Source: Promethearchaeota archaeon
GTDB taxonomy: Archaea > Asgardarchaeota > Lokiarchaeia > Sigyniarchaeales > SOKP01
Direction of reading: 5' to 3'
Assembly (NCBI GenBank): GCA_048937405.1
Contig: JBHLNF010000008.1
Coordinates: forward strand, 180,825-225,597
DNA length: 44,773 nucleotides
The translations under genes and the position numbers were made by a program. Numbering within the stretch: position 1 is the first letter of the stretch; every line of letters starts with the position of its first letter. The notes beneath the pieces were generated by a model that was not told where the DNA came from, did not search any database, and saw nothing but the letters and a program-made list of their open reading frames with translations. This document shows positions 27,923 through 37,352 of the stretch, one piece after another.

Positions 27923-30364
27923 ATGGTAGTTCAAGATTTTAAGCTGAGCCCTCTCCAAGGAAAACCATCCGAGAGGGTCCGAAAAATCAGAGATAACATG
28001 TTAGCCAATCCCTTCGAATATGATCTTGAGCGAGCACGATGCTATACAAGGATGTACAAGAAATTTGAAGCTTCTCCTCCCTGTATGAAGAAAGCTAAAT
28101 CATTAGAGGAATTCTTACGTTGTCTTCCTATAAGGATTGATGACAATGAACTTCTTGTAGGAGTAAAATCAAGTAAACCAAGAGCAGATCCTATTGAAAT
28201 AGAACAAGGACGACAGGTTAAATTATATGGTTTTCTCTTAGACGATAAGATTGAAGAAAAAGCGAAAGACACTCTCCGTAGATATCACCCCACTATTAGA
28301 CGTTATGTTCCTTTTTCAGAAGATGAACTTAAAGAATGGAAAAATGAAATCATCCCTTTCTGGAAAGGAAAAACAATGACTGACAGAAGGAATGAACTTT
28401 TTAGAGAAGCAGGATTGATTGAAGAAAATGTGGGACACGTTCCTCCATCAATGTCAATGTTACCTGGAAATTCTTTTGTATATTCAGTAATGCAGGGCCA
28501 CACCATTCCAGGTTATCGACGGGTTCTTAAGATGGGATTTAAAGGTATCGAAAAGATGGCACAAGAAGGACTTTCAAATCTCAAGGAGACAGATGAGAAT
28601 TATACTCAACGCAAGGATTTTTATGAATCAGTTCAAGTGACTTCTAAAGCTGTTTGTGATTATTCTAATCGATATGCAGATCTCGCAATGGAAATGGTAC
28701 AAAATGCATCAGAAACAAGAAGGGCTGAACTTCTAGAAATTGCTGAACGTGTAAGAAGGGTACCTGCTCAACCCCCTAGAACATTTATGGAAGCCCTTCA
28801 ATCAATATGGATAACTAACGTTGTTATGGAGATGAGTTATGGTGAAGGAAATATCTTTTCTCAAGGAAGAGTAGATCAATATCTTTATCCATATTATGCC
28901 GCAGACTTAGCAGAAGGACGTATTACTTATGAAGAAGCTTTAGAAGCAATTGAAGAATATTTAGTGAAACTTGCGTCTGTTGTTATAGCTGGACAGAATA
29001 ATGTTACTATTGGAGGATTAGACAAGGATGGAAATGATGCGACTAATGAGATATCGTATATGTTTCTTGAAGCTATTGCAAATGTCAAAAGTTTATTAAA
29101 CACGTTATCAATCAGAATCTCTTCTAAGAGCCCTCGTAATTTTGTCAAAAGAACTATTGAAACTTTTCGACACACAGCAGGAATGGGTATTCATAATGAT
29201 GAAATCTTAGTACCACAGCTTCAAGAAGATGGCTATTCACTAGAAGATGCCCGAGATTACTCACTCGTAGGGTGTGTAGAACCTCATGGTACAGGGTTTG
29301 ATTTTTCTTATACTGCAGGTAATGGTGTTAGGTTTACACTAGTACTTGGTATGGCATTAAATGGAGGACGTATGCTTTATTCAGGAGGTCGAGTTGTTGG
29401 AGCAAAAACTCCTGAACCCAGTACTTTTAAAACTTTTGAAGATGTAAAGCAAGCTTTTGTTGATCAACTTACTTTTGCAGTAGATAAATGTGTGCAAATG
29501 TCTGAATTAAAAGATAAAGCTTTTGCAGAATACTTTCCATCTCCATTACTTTCCTCTACAATAGAAGGATGTCTTGAGAGTGGAATGGATGCAACTCGAA
29601 ATGGGGCTCGTTATAATAACAATCCTATTGGTTCACAAGGTTTAGCAACTGTTGTAAATTCATTAGCAGCAGTTCGATGGGCTGTATTCGAGGAAAAATT
29701 ATTAACAATGGGAGAATTAGCTGAACATATGAATAACAATTTCAAAGGAGCGGAATTACTTAGAGAAAAGCTAAGAAACAAGGCACCTAAATATGGTAAT
29801 GGTAACGAAAAAATAGATGAATTAGCACGGTGGGTTGCAAATACTTTTTGTGATATTGTAAGAAAACATTCTGCCAGAGGTGGTGTTGGTATATATCGTC
29901 CTTGCCTTGTATCAGCAGGGGGTCAATTAGCCGAGGGTAGAATGTTAGGAGCGACTCCAGATGGAAGACTCTCTGGTGAACCAGTATCTAACGGTGTTTC
30001 TCCAGTAAATGGGACCGAACAAAATGGACTCACCATGGCACTCCGTTCTATAGCGCATGCTACACGTGAAGCTCTTCTAACTGATGGCGTATCAATGAAT
30101 ATCAGAATCAATCCTAGTATGATAGAAACAGATGAAGGTGTAGAGCAAATGACATCAATATTAGAGGCATATTTTGATTTAGGAGGAAGAGAACTTCAGA
30201 TTAATCCTATAGGTTCAGAAACTCTTAAAGACGCACAAGCTCATCCTGAAAAATATCCTGACTTATCCGTTAAGGTGACCGGCTATTCTGCTCGCTTTAT
30301 AGACCTTGGTAGAGGTCTACAGAATGATATTATTAATCGTACAGAATTTAGTGAATTTAAATAA
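27923..30364 (+). CDS. Glycyl-radical enzyme, copy 4 (most divergent)
   Basis: SLVGCVEPHG, GATPDGR and VKVTGYS motifs; 813 aa. Confidence 0.93.
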   Translation: MVVQDFKLSPLQGKPSERVRKIRDNMLANPFEYDLERARCYTRMYKKFEASPPCMKKAKSLEEFLRCLPIRIDDNELLVGVKSSKPRADPIEIEQGRQVKLYGFLLDDKIEEKAKDTLRRYHPTIRRYVPFSEDELKEWKNEIIPFWKGKTMTDRRNELFREAGLIEENVGHVPPSMSMLPGNSFVYSVMQGHTIPGYRRVLKMGFKGIEKMAQEGLSNLKETDENYTQRKDFYESVQVTSKAVCDYSNRYADLAMEMVQNASETRRAELLEIAERVRRVPAQPPRTFMEALQSIWITNVVMEMSYGEGNIFSQGRVDQYLYPYYAADLAEGRITYEEALEAIEEYLVKLASVVIAGQNNVTIGGLDKDGNDATNEISYMFLEAIANVKSLLNTLSIRISSKSPRNFVKRTIETFRHTAGMGIHNDEILVPQLQEDGYSLEDARDYSLVGCVEPHGTGFDFSYTAGNGVRFTLVLGMALNGGRMLYSGGRVVGAKTPEPSTFKTFEDVKQAFVDQLTFAVDKCVQMSELKDKAFAEYFPSPLLSSTIEGCLESGMDATRNGARYNNNPIGSQGLATVVNSLAAVRWAVFEEKLLTMGELAEHMNNNFKGAELLREKLRNKAPKYGNGNEKIDELARWVANTFCDIVRKHSARGGVGIYRPCLVSAGGQLAEGRMLGATPDGRLSGEPVSNGVSPVNGTEQNGLTMALRSIAHATREALLTDGVSMNIRINPSMIETDEGVEQMTSILEAYFDLGGRELQINPIGSETLKDAQAHPEKYPDLSVKVTGYSARFIDLGRGLQNDIINRTEFSEFK

Positions 30365-30379
30365 ATCTTTTAGTTAATC

Positions 30380-30389
30380 TTTTTTTTTT
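30380..30389 (+). terminator. Oligo-T terminator after GRE copy 4
   Basis: T10 run 15 nt after the stop codon. Confidence 0.5.
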
Positions 30390-30589
30390 AATTTGAGAAT
30401 ATAATCAAATTTATTATCTTTAATATGCATTTTACATAGGAGATTATACTAAATATCTTTATCAATAAATATTACTGACACTAATATCATTACTTGAGAT
30501 GTGAAATCTAAAGATAATCTTTACTTATAAAAATTAAGAAAAATAGAGCTATATTATTTAGGTTGATATAAGCAAATTTTTTTTTCCAC

Positions 30590-31534
30590 TTAGCGAGTTA
30601 ACCCAGACCACTTTACATTTTTAGCTCCAGTACTTGTAGCAATTTCAAGAAAATTTTCCATTTCCTCTTTTGTCATTAATGGTTCATCTCTTAAAGACCA
30701 TTCTTTGCCTAATCTTGTATATTTAATTTCACAGAGTTTATTAAAGGCTAATATATCCCATTGTTCAGGAATATTATCTAATTCATTTACAATAAATTCT
30801 CCAATACCTTTAATATTCTTTTCCGTGGCAGTATAGTGTGGTATTATTGGTGTCCTTATCCACATTTTCTTTCCATTATCTTTGACATAACTTGAAATCC
30901 ATCTAGCATTTTCTAAAATCGTTTTATTTGATACTCCTGTATATTCTTCATGTTGTTTAGGATCAATAACCTTTATATCAAAAAGGACTATATCAACGTA
31001 AGGTAATAAATCTTGATATACTTTTTTACTTGAATATCCACATGTATCTAAAGCAGTAGAAATATCATTTTCTTTACATTTTTTCAAAAATTTTAAGAGA
31101 AAATCTGATTGTAATGTTGGTTCACCTCCAGAAACCGTTATACCTCCTTTTGTTTTATCAAAAAATATTTTTTCTTTTTCAACATCATGAACAAGATCTT
31201 CTAAATCCCACCATTTACCCCACATATTTAATGCTGTACTAGGACAAGCTTCTACACAATCTCCGCAACTAGTACATCTCTCTCTATTAATATGCAAGCC
31301 ATCTTCTTCAAAAAATAAAACATCTTCTTGACAGGTCTCTATGCAACTATTACAACCGATACACTTTCGCTCCATCCAATAAATTTGAGGTTTCTTTGGA
31401 ATTGATTCTGGATTATGACACCATGCACAATTTAAGAGACACTTGTTAAAAAAAATTGTTGTACGAATACCAGGACCATCATCAGTAGACATTCTCTCAA
31501 GTTTAAAAATTAAACCCTTAGATTTTGACTCCAT
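30590..31534 (-). CDS. Glycyl-radical enzyme activating enzyme (radical SAM, with a 2x[4Fe-4S] ferredoxin insert)
   Basis: DGPGIRTTIF, CLLNCAWCHNPES (CxxxCxxC), CIGCNSCIETC and CTSCGDCVEACP inserts, GGITVSGGEP and DTCG. Confidence 0.95.
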   Translation of the reverse strand: MESKSKGLIFKLERMSTDDGPGIRTTIFFNKCLLNCAWCHNPESIPKKPQIYWMERKCIGCNSCIETCQEDVLFFEEDGLHINRERCTSCGDCVEACPSTALNMWGKWWDLEDLVHDVEKEKIFFDKTKGGITVSGGEPTLQSDFLLKFLKKCKENDISTALDTCGYSSKKVYQDLLPYVDIVLFDIKVIDPKQHEEYTGVSNKTILENARWISSYVKDNGKKMWIRTPIIPHYTATEKNIKGIGEFIVNELDNIPEQWDILAFNKLCEIKYTRLGKEWSLRDEPLMTKEEMENFLEIATSTGAKNVKWSGLTR

Positions 31535-31824
31535 ATCACATCTCTATTTTAATTTTTAAGATACAATATTCAATAAAAAATCAATTACTTTATTTTAAAA
31601 ATTGTTAGTTTCTTAAATCTTTTATGAATTATTTGATTTTTTATGGCAATTAGCTGAAACTCGTTGAAATGAAAGAATCAAACCTTTAAATATAATATGG
31701 CAAGCTACTATTTTAAAAAAAATATCAAAGATTGATTTCAAGAAGGTTGAACTTATATTTTACGAAAAGTTTATACCCAAATCGAGTATTTTACTTTTTA
31801 TTAAAAAAAAGGTTTTAAACTAAG

Positions 31825-33183
31825 ATGTATAAATATAAGGTTTCTATTTTAGGTACGGGATTTATTGGCTTATGCTCTGCCGCTTGTTTTGCTCTAAGAG
31901 ATATTAAAGTTTTGGCATCTACGCATAATGAGAAGAAAGCGAATATTATAAACGAATATAAATCGCCTTTTTTTGAGGAAGGTTTAGATGAGATGCTTAC
32001 CGAAATTAAGCAGAAAAAATCAGACCTTCTTAAATGTTTAATTGATCCTATTCAAGCAATATTAGATACAGATATAATGATGATTACTCAAGGAACTCCA
32101 ATGCGGACAGATAATTCAATTGATTTAAGTTATATTGAAAGTACTGCTAAAGAAATTGGGGAGGCTTTAAAACAAGATAATAAATATCGTTTGGTTGTCG
32201 TGCGATCTACCGTTGTTCCAGGGACCTCTAGGAATCTTGTAGGAAAAATAATTACAGAAGTTTCTGGAAAAATTCCAGGAAAAGATTTTGGATTATGTAT
32301 GCAACCAGAGTTCTTAGCGGAAGGGCGGTCAATTGAAGATACACTTAGACCTGATAGAATCATTATAGGATCAATAGATAATAAAAGTGGAGATATGCTT
32401 CAAGAGTTCTATGAGTATTTTTACGGAGATCATTTAATAAATTGTCCAATAAAAAGAATGAATTTAGAAAGTGCAGAACTCGTTAAATATGGCAATAATT
32501 GCTTATTATCAACTAAAATATCTTATGCCAATGAGTTTGCCAATTTGGCTGAATTAGTTCCTAATGTTGATGTAGTCCAAGTAATGGAAGGAGTAGGGTT
32601 GGACTATAGGATTAATCCTAGATTTCTTCGTGCAGGGGTGGGTTTTGGGGGTGCATGCTTTCATAAAGATGTAAACGCTATAACCAAGTGGGCAAGATCT
32701 AAGGGATATATTGCAAAATTATTAGAAGCTGTTTTAGAACGTAATGACCTGAGAGCAATTCGAATTGTTGATATCGCTGAAGGGTTAGTCGGAAATTTGG
32801 ATAGCAAAAAAGTAACTTTGCTTGGTTTATCTTTTAAACCAGGGACTGATGATATGAGAGAAGCTCCGAGTATTAGAGTTATTAATGAATTGATTAAAAG
32901 AAATGTTTCTGATATTATTGGATATGATCCTAAAGCTAAGGAATCTGCTGAAGAAGCAATTGGCAATAAGATTAAATACGCAGAAACTATAGAAGAAGCA
33001 CTAAAAGATTCAGAATTAGTCTTTTTGATTACAGAATGGAATGACTTTAAAAAACTATCTCCTCATGATTTTAAAAAATATATGAAATCTCCAAATCTAG
33101 TCGATGGTAGAAGGATTTATGATTATGATGAATTTAATAAGGCTATAAATTTCCGTGCAATGGGTCGGATAAATTTGAATTAA
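31825..33183 (+). CDS. ugd: UDP-glucose/GDP-mannose dehydrogenase family protein
   Basis: GTGFIG, RSTVVPG, PEFLAEG, AELVKY, GFGGACFHKD (catalytic Cys) and LGLSFKPGTDDMREAPS. Confidence 0.9.
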   Translation: MYKYKVSILGTGFIGLCSAACFALRDIKVLASTHNEKKANIINEYKSPFFEEGLDEMLTEIKQKKSDLLKCLIDPIQAILDTDIMMITQGTPMRTDNSIDLSYIESTAKEIGEALKQDNKYRLVVVRSTVVPGTSRNLVGKIITEVSGKIPGKDFGLCMQPEFLAEGRSIEDTLRPDRIIIGSIDNKSGDMLQEFYEYFYGDHLINCPIKRMNLESAELVKYGNNCLLSTKISYANEFANLAELVPNVDVVQVMEGVGLDYRINPRFLRAGVGFGGACFHKDVNAITKWARSKGYIAKLLEAVLERNDLRAIRIVDIAEGLVGNLDSKKVTLLGLSFKPGTDDMREAPSIRVINELIKRNVSDIIGYDPKAKESAEEAIGNKIKYAETIEEALKDSELVFLITEWNDFKKLSPHDFKKYMKSPNLVDGRRIYDYDEFNKAINFRAMGRINLN

Positions 33184-33282
33184 CCATTATTTCTGAAGAT
33201 AAAATATATTTCTAGAAATTTTTTCAAGTATCTATTAATATTTTGTAAATTATCAGAAAATGATTTAAAAAAAAATTTCAAT

Positions 33283-34527
33283 TTATGAAATTACTTTTTT
33301 TATCAATTCAGAAAGATCTAAAGCTTGAATCTCATTATTTTCAATATTATCCTTGAATTGATTTAAGCAGAATGGGCAACAGGACACAATAGCTTCAGCG
33401 GTAGTTTCTTTTGCTTCTTCTATTCGTTCTTTTGCTGCAAAAGTAGATAAGTCTTTAAATGCTGATCTCACACCCCCTCCCGAGCCACAACACCATGCAT
33501 TATGTCTGTTTCGTGTCATCTCTATCAATTTAATACCTGGAATATTCTCTATTACGTCACGAGGGGCTTTATAGATTCCCATATGACGTCCTATATGACA
33601 AGGGTCATGATAAGTGACTTTCATAGATAATTCTTTATTAATATTTAATTTACCATCTTTCATCTTACGTCGTAAAAATTCTGGCAGATGTTTAACTTCA
33701 ATACCATGATCTAATCCAAATTTATTTTGATAAGTATCCTTCCAAGTCCTATAACATCCTGCACACGAAGTTATAATGCTATCGATTCCACCATCTTTAA
33801 AAGCCTTAACATTTTTTTCCGCTAATTCTTTAGCCTTTTCTACTTGACCTGTCATATAGACAGGAGATCCACAACATCCTTCGCTCTCAAGAATTTTAAA
33901 CTCAACATTTAAAACATTTAAAATTTCTGCTGTAGCAATAGCAACGTTTTGTTCTCTATAACTGGAAGTGCACCCTACGAAATATGCTAAATTCGCATCA
34001 GGAGATTGTTTAATGTGAGAGGGTAACCACTTAAGTCTATCTTCATGTATTTCAAAGTAAGGATTTTTCTCCTTCATTATATGTTCAGTATATCGTTTTT
34101 GCTCAGGCATAGGTCCATATCCCAAATTAACAGCTTCTTCTCTCATTGCCATTAGCCATTCTCCAGCATAGGTATGAATTTCAGGGATTTGACATTGTTG
34201 GACGCAAGCCATACAAACAGAACATTGGTAAAAGATCTCTGCTAATTCTTTCCTCCATTTGAGCTTATCTGTAGATATAGCCCATGTTAATAGATTTTTC
34301 CCACCAAGGTAATATGCTTCAAACTTACCAAATTCTCCAGAAGGACAAACTCGCGACCAAAAAGCTTCTTTATATGCTGTTCTACAGGTACCACATTTAC
34401 CACACTGATAGAATACCTCCTTGTAATGACCCAAATCTTGATTTCTATCAAGCTTCTGGTTTTCATGTGCTAAAGTTATCTTGGAAATACCTTTTCCAGG
34501 TTGATATCTTATTCTTTTTTTAGACAT
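33283..34527 (-). CDS. Fe-S oxidoreductase with two CCG domains (HdrD/GlcF/GlpC-like)
   Basis: CGKCGTC...CP and CSVCMACVQQC clusters; FVGC, GCCGS, SCAGC, YHDPCH, WCCGSGGG and SCCPFC. Confidence 0.9.
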   Translation of the reverse strand: MSKKRIRYQPGKGISKITLAHENQKLDRNQDLGHYKEVFYQCGKCGTCRTAYKEAFWSRVCPSGEFGKFEAYYLGGKNLLTWAISTDKLKWRKELAEIFYQCSVCMACVQQCQIPEIHTYAGEWLMAMREEAVNLGYGPMPEQKRYTEHIMKEKNPYFEIHEDRLKWLPSHIKQSPDANLAYFVGCTSSYREQNVAIATAEILNVLNVEFKILESEGCCGSPVYMTGQVEKAKELAEKNVKAFKDGGIDSIITSCAGCYRTWKDTYQNKFGLDHGIEVKHLPEFLRRKMKDGKLNINKELSMKVTYHDPCHIGRHMGIYKAPRDVIENIPGIKLIEMTRNRHNAWCCGSGGGVRSAFKDLSTFAAKERIEEAKETTAEAIVSCCPFCLNQFKDNIENNEIQALDLSELIKKVIS

Positions 34528-34528
34528 A

Positions 34529-35956
34529 TTAATCCTCTCCTCTTCCTTGTCCTGGATTCATTATTTTATTTGGATCAAGAAGCTTTCTAATTTTTTCAAT
34601 TAGATCACCGGTAGTGGGAAATATTTTTGCCTTGTGCGTTTGATAAGCCCATTTTGGTGCTTTATACATAATTGCTCCGTCAATTTTTTGAACTTCCTCA
34701 TGAATTTCTTTTAGAAGCTTCCGTGCCATTTCAATATCATTAGGATCATTTTTATTAAAATTAATATTCGCTCGTGCAACACAATAATGCCCACCAAACA
34801 TTATTCTACTATAAAATTGAGGGGGTTTATTATATTTCAAAGCAATTTTCCTTACTAAATTATAGTAATTTACAATATCGCCTGTTGAGCAGTAAGAACC
34901 AATCCATTCTCCTCCACCACCCCTAGAGAAATTCCAACACCCCCAAACCTGAGTTGGGGGAGCATCCATAGCTTCTACTCCTTGTTCTCTTGACATCAAC
35001 CGTATATTGCCTTTTTTACAAATATCTTTAATAGCTTCACATTGAGCTTCATGTTGTGTGGCAGTATATGCTTGAGTTGAAATTGTACATACAAAATCAG
35101 GCATACCTTCTTTTATAGCATCTTTAGGTACGTTATACTCATTTAAATGCTGGACTGATTGGCTCCAACCGAGATTAACTACAACTATATCATTAATTCC
35201 AAGACCTGCTTTTGCAAGTTTTAGCATTACAGGAATTCCTTTATCTATTCTAAGCGTGCCTCCCGTAAAAACTTCATTAAAAGGTAATTTTGGCCATAAT
35301 TTTATAGCAGCTTTGGTTACGATCCCAGTAGTACCTTCCCATCCTATAAACAATCCGGCTAAATCTGGTAATGGTTGCCTGCCGTACCAATGTTTAGAAA
35401 GGGCACAAGAACCTATTTTAACAAGTTCTCCTGAACCTAGTACTGCTTCTAATCCATTTAGGAACTCTGCACCGGATCCACCAATCATACCTAAATCAAA
35501 CATTCCATAACAGAGACATGAAGGAATTACCCCTGTACCTGGAGGTGACCAGGTTATTCCCGCTCTTAGATCAGGGTAATACTTTTCAAGATACCCTTGT
35601 AAACCTGCCCATGTAATTCCTCCCTCAACTACAGCATACATATCATCTTCATTCACTTCAAGTACTCGATTTAATCGCCTTAAATCAACCACAATCCCTC
35701 CTTTTCGAGGAGTTGCAAGAGATCCAAAATTAATTCCAGTAACCCACGGAACTAATGGAATTTTATATTTATTAGCAATCTTGACAATTTCTTGTACTTC
35801 TTCAGCAGAAGCAGGAATAATCACAATATCACATCTACCTTCTGGTTCAGCGGTAATAAAGTCATAGTGATAAAGATAGGTTAATTCAGGTAGATTCGAG
35901 ACATATCTCGCTCCAACTACATTTTCTAATTCCGAAATAATTTCATTATTAATCAA
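34529..35956 (-). CDS. FAD-binding oxidoreductase, GlcD/D-lactate dehydrogenase (VAO/PCMH) family
   Basis: P.SAEEVQEIVK, VDLRRLN, GLEAVLGSGE, GWEGTTGIVTKA and LDPNKIMNPG. TTG at 35956 after AGGTGA is the likelier start than 36013. Confidence 0.9.
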   Translation of the reverse strand: MINNEIISELENVVGARYVSNLPELTYLYHYDFITAEPEGRCDIVIIPASAEEVQEIVKIANKYKIPLVPWVTGINFGSLATPRKGGIVVDLRRLNRVLEVNEDDMYAVVEGGITWAGLQGYLEKYYPDLRAGITWSPPGTGVIPSCLCYGMFDLGMIGGSGAEFLNGLEAVLGSGELVKIGSCALSKHWYGRQPLPDLAGLFIGWEGTTGIVTKAAIKLWPKLPFNEVFTGGTLRIDKGIPVMLKLAKAGLGINDIVVVNLGWSQSVQHLNEYNVPKDAIKEGMPDFVCTISTQAYTATQHEAQCEAIKDICKKGNIRLMSREQGVEAMDAPPTQVWGCWNFSRGGGGEWIGSYCSTGDIVNYYNLVRKIALKYNKPPQFYSRIMFGGHYCVARANINFNKNDPNDIEMARKLLKEIHEEVQKIDGAIMYKAPKWAYQTHKAKIFPTTGDLIEKIRKLLDPNKIMNPGQGRGED

Positions 35957-36147
35957 TATTATTTCACCTACAATGAAATAACTATTGAATTTTTGATAAA
36001 TAAAAATTATCATATTAACAAAAAAAGAAAAATTGAGTAATAAAATTATAAACTATATTTTCCAATGGGATAAATATCCATTATTTGGATTCAAAAGTTT
36101 TATAGAGTCCATATAATCTTTAACTTTTTGAAAGTTGGTAAATGGTG

Positions 36148-36259
36148 TTCCTCTCGCATAAACCCTTTGCGAAAAAGAAATCAAACTTTACATGATGGAA
36201 TGATATTAAACGATATATAGAACAATCTGGACTGGAAGTGGTTGCGAACTCGTAGGAAG
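36148..36259 (+). mobile_element. Second remnant of the tnpB 3' end / reRNA scaffold region
   Basis: Aligns without gaps to the reverse complement of 22049-22160 at 83/112 identities (counted by hand), ending in the shared ACTCGTAGGAAG. The terminal hairpin is missing. Confidence 0.75.
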
Positions 36260-36391
36260 CTCTTCTATCAAGACACCTTTAACTTCTATATCTTCTAAAT
36301 TTGAAACTCCAAGGTCTCTTTTTCCAGCTAATTTTAAATATTTAAATTATAAAAATCCTTATTAGATATAATAAAATTTTTGCGAAATATC

Positions 36392-36547
36392 ATGATCCTT
36401 TCTAATTTAAAAATAAACGATTTAATTAATGATAATGAAAAACTTACCTTTTTAGTGGGTGCTGGATGTTCGGTTAGTGCTCCTTCATGTCTTCCTGCTG
36501 GACACGCAATGATGGAAGAATTGCTAACTAATCCATTAGAGAAATAA
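36392..36547 (+). pseudogene. Truncated N-terminus of a SIR2-like domain protein
   Basis: 51-aa ORF MILSNLKINDLINDNEKLTFLVGAGCSVSAPSCLPAGHAMMEELLTNPLEK*, with the sirtuin-fold GAGxS....LP motif; far too short to be a full domain. Confidence 0.7.
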
Positions 36548-36682
36548 AAGGTTGACTTAAAAACACTGACAAAACAAATTTGATACTATAATTTGAGAAT
36601 TTAAGCTAAAATTAGTTTATATTAATCATTTGAGATACAATAATGTAAAAAGATTTATAAAGTAGAAAATTAAAATAATACT

Positions 36683-37105
36683 ATGCCAAAAACAATAAAT
36701 TGTGGTAAAGGATGGCCCGATGATCTTATCAAAGATACAGTTATAAAATCAACTGAAGCGTTTCTCAATGCTTTAAGAGGAAAGATGATGTTTAAATTTA
36801 TTGGAAAAGAAACAACTGTAACAGATATTGCTTCTAATATTTTTCAAATTACATCTGGTAAACAATTTATCGGAAAATTTCAAATAATTGATGATCCCTC
36901 TGAAGGAAAAATACTTAAGATAGAATACGAAAAAAGTGGTAAAAAGGCGAAATCATTACTTTGGAATAATCTTTTTAATGCAATTGAACCCGGGCTCAAT
37001 AAATCACCAGAAGAAATGGCTGAAAAGTTTATTGCTGAAAATCCAGAGGAATTTGATAAAATTATTGATGAGGAACTTTCTAAAATAAAAAGCGAAAGGA
37101 AATAA
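36683..37105 (+). CDS. Hypothetical protein
   Basis: 140-aa ORF with normal composition and TTTATAAA about 30 nt upstream; no motif recognised. Confidence 0.7.
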   Translation: MPKTINCGKGWPDDLIKDTVIKSTEAFLNALRGKMMFKFIGKETTVTDIASNIFQITSGKQFIGKFQIIDDPSEGKILKIEYEKSGKKAKSLLWNNLFNAIEPGLNKSPEEMAEKFIAENPEEFDKIIDEELSKIKSERK

Positions 37106-37352
37106 AAAGTATCATAGAATAATTCAATAAGCAAAAATTTCCTAACTTAAATTAGTTTTCTATTGTTTTTTTTATTTGTTTAATAGTAAAATTTCTTCTT
37201 TAAATTGAGGGTATTTTTTCTTTTTAAAAAAAAATAGAAGTGATTTTTAAATTTCTCAAATTTTGGACTCTAAATCATTAATATTCAATCAAAAAAATAC
37301 TAGACTAAAATAATACAAATATTCAAAATTAAGTTAAAATAAAAATATTGAT

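Noticed and set aside
19418-30364. Calling the GREs pyruvate formate-lyase or benzyl/alkylsuccinate synthase
   Set aside because: They lack the adjacent Cys-Cys of PFL, have a GCVE loop and no small subunit genes nearby. The substrate cannot be assigned from sequence alone.
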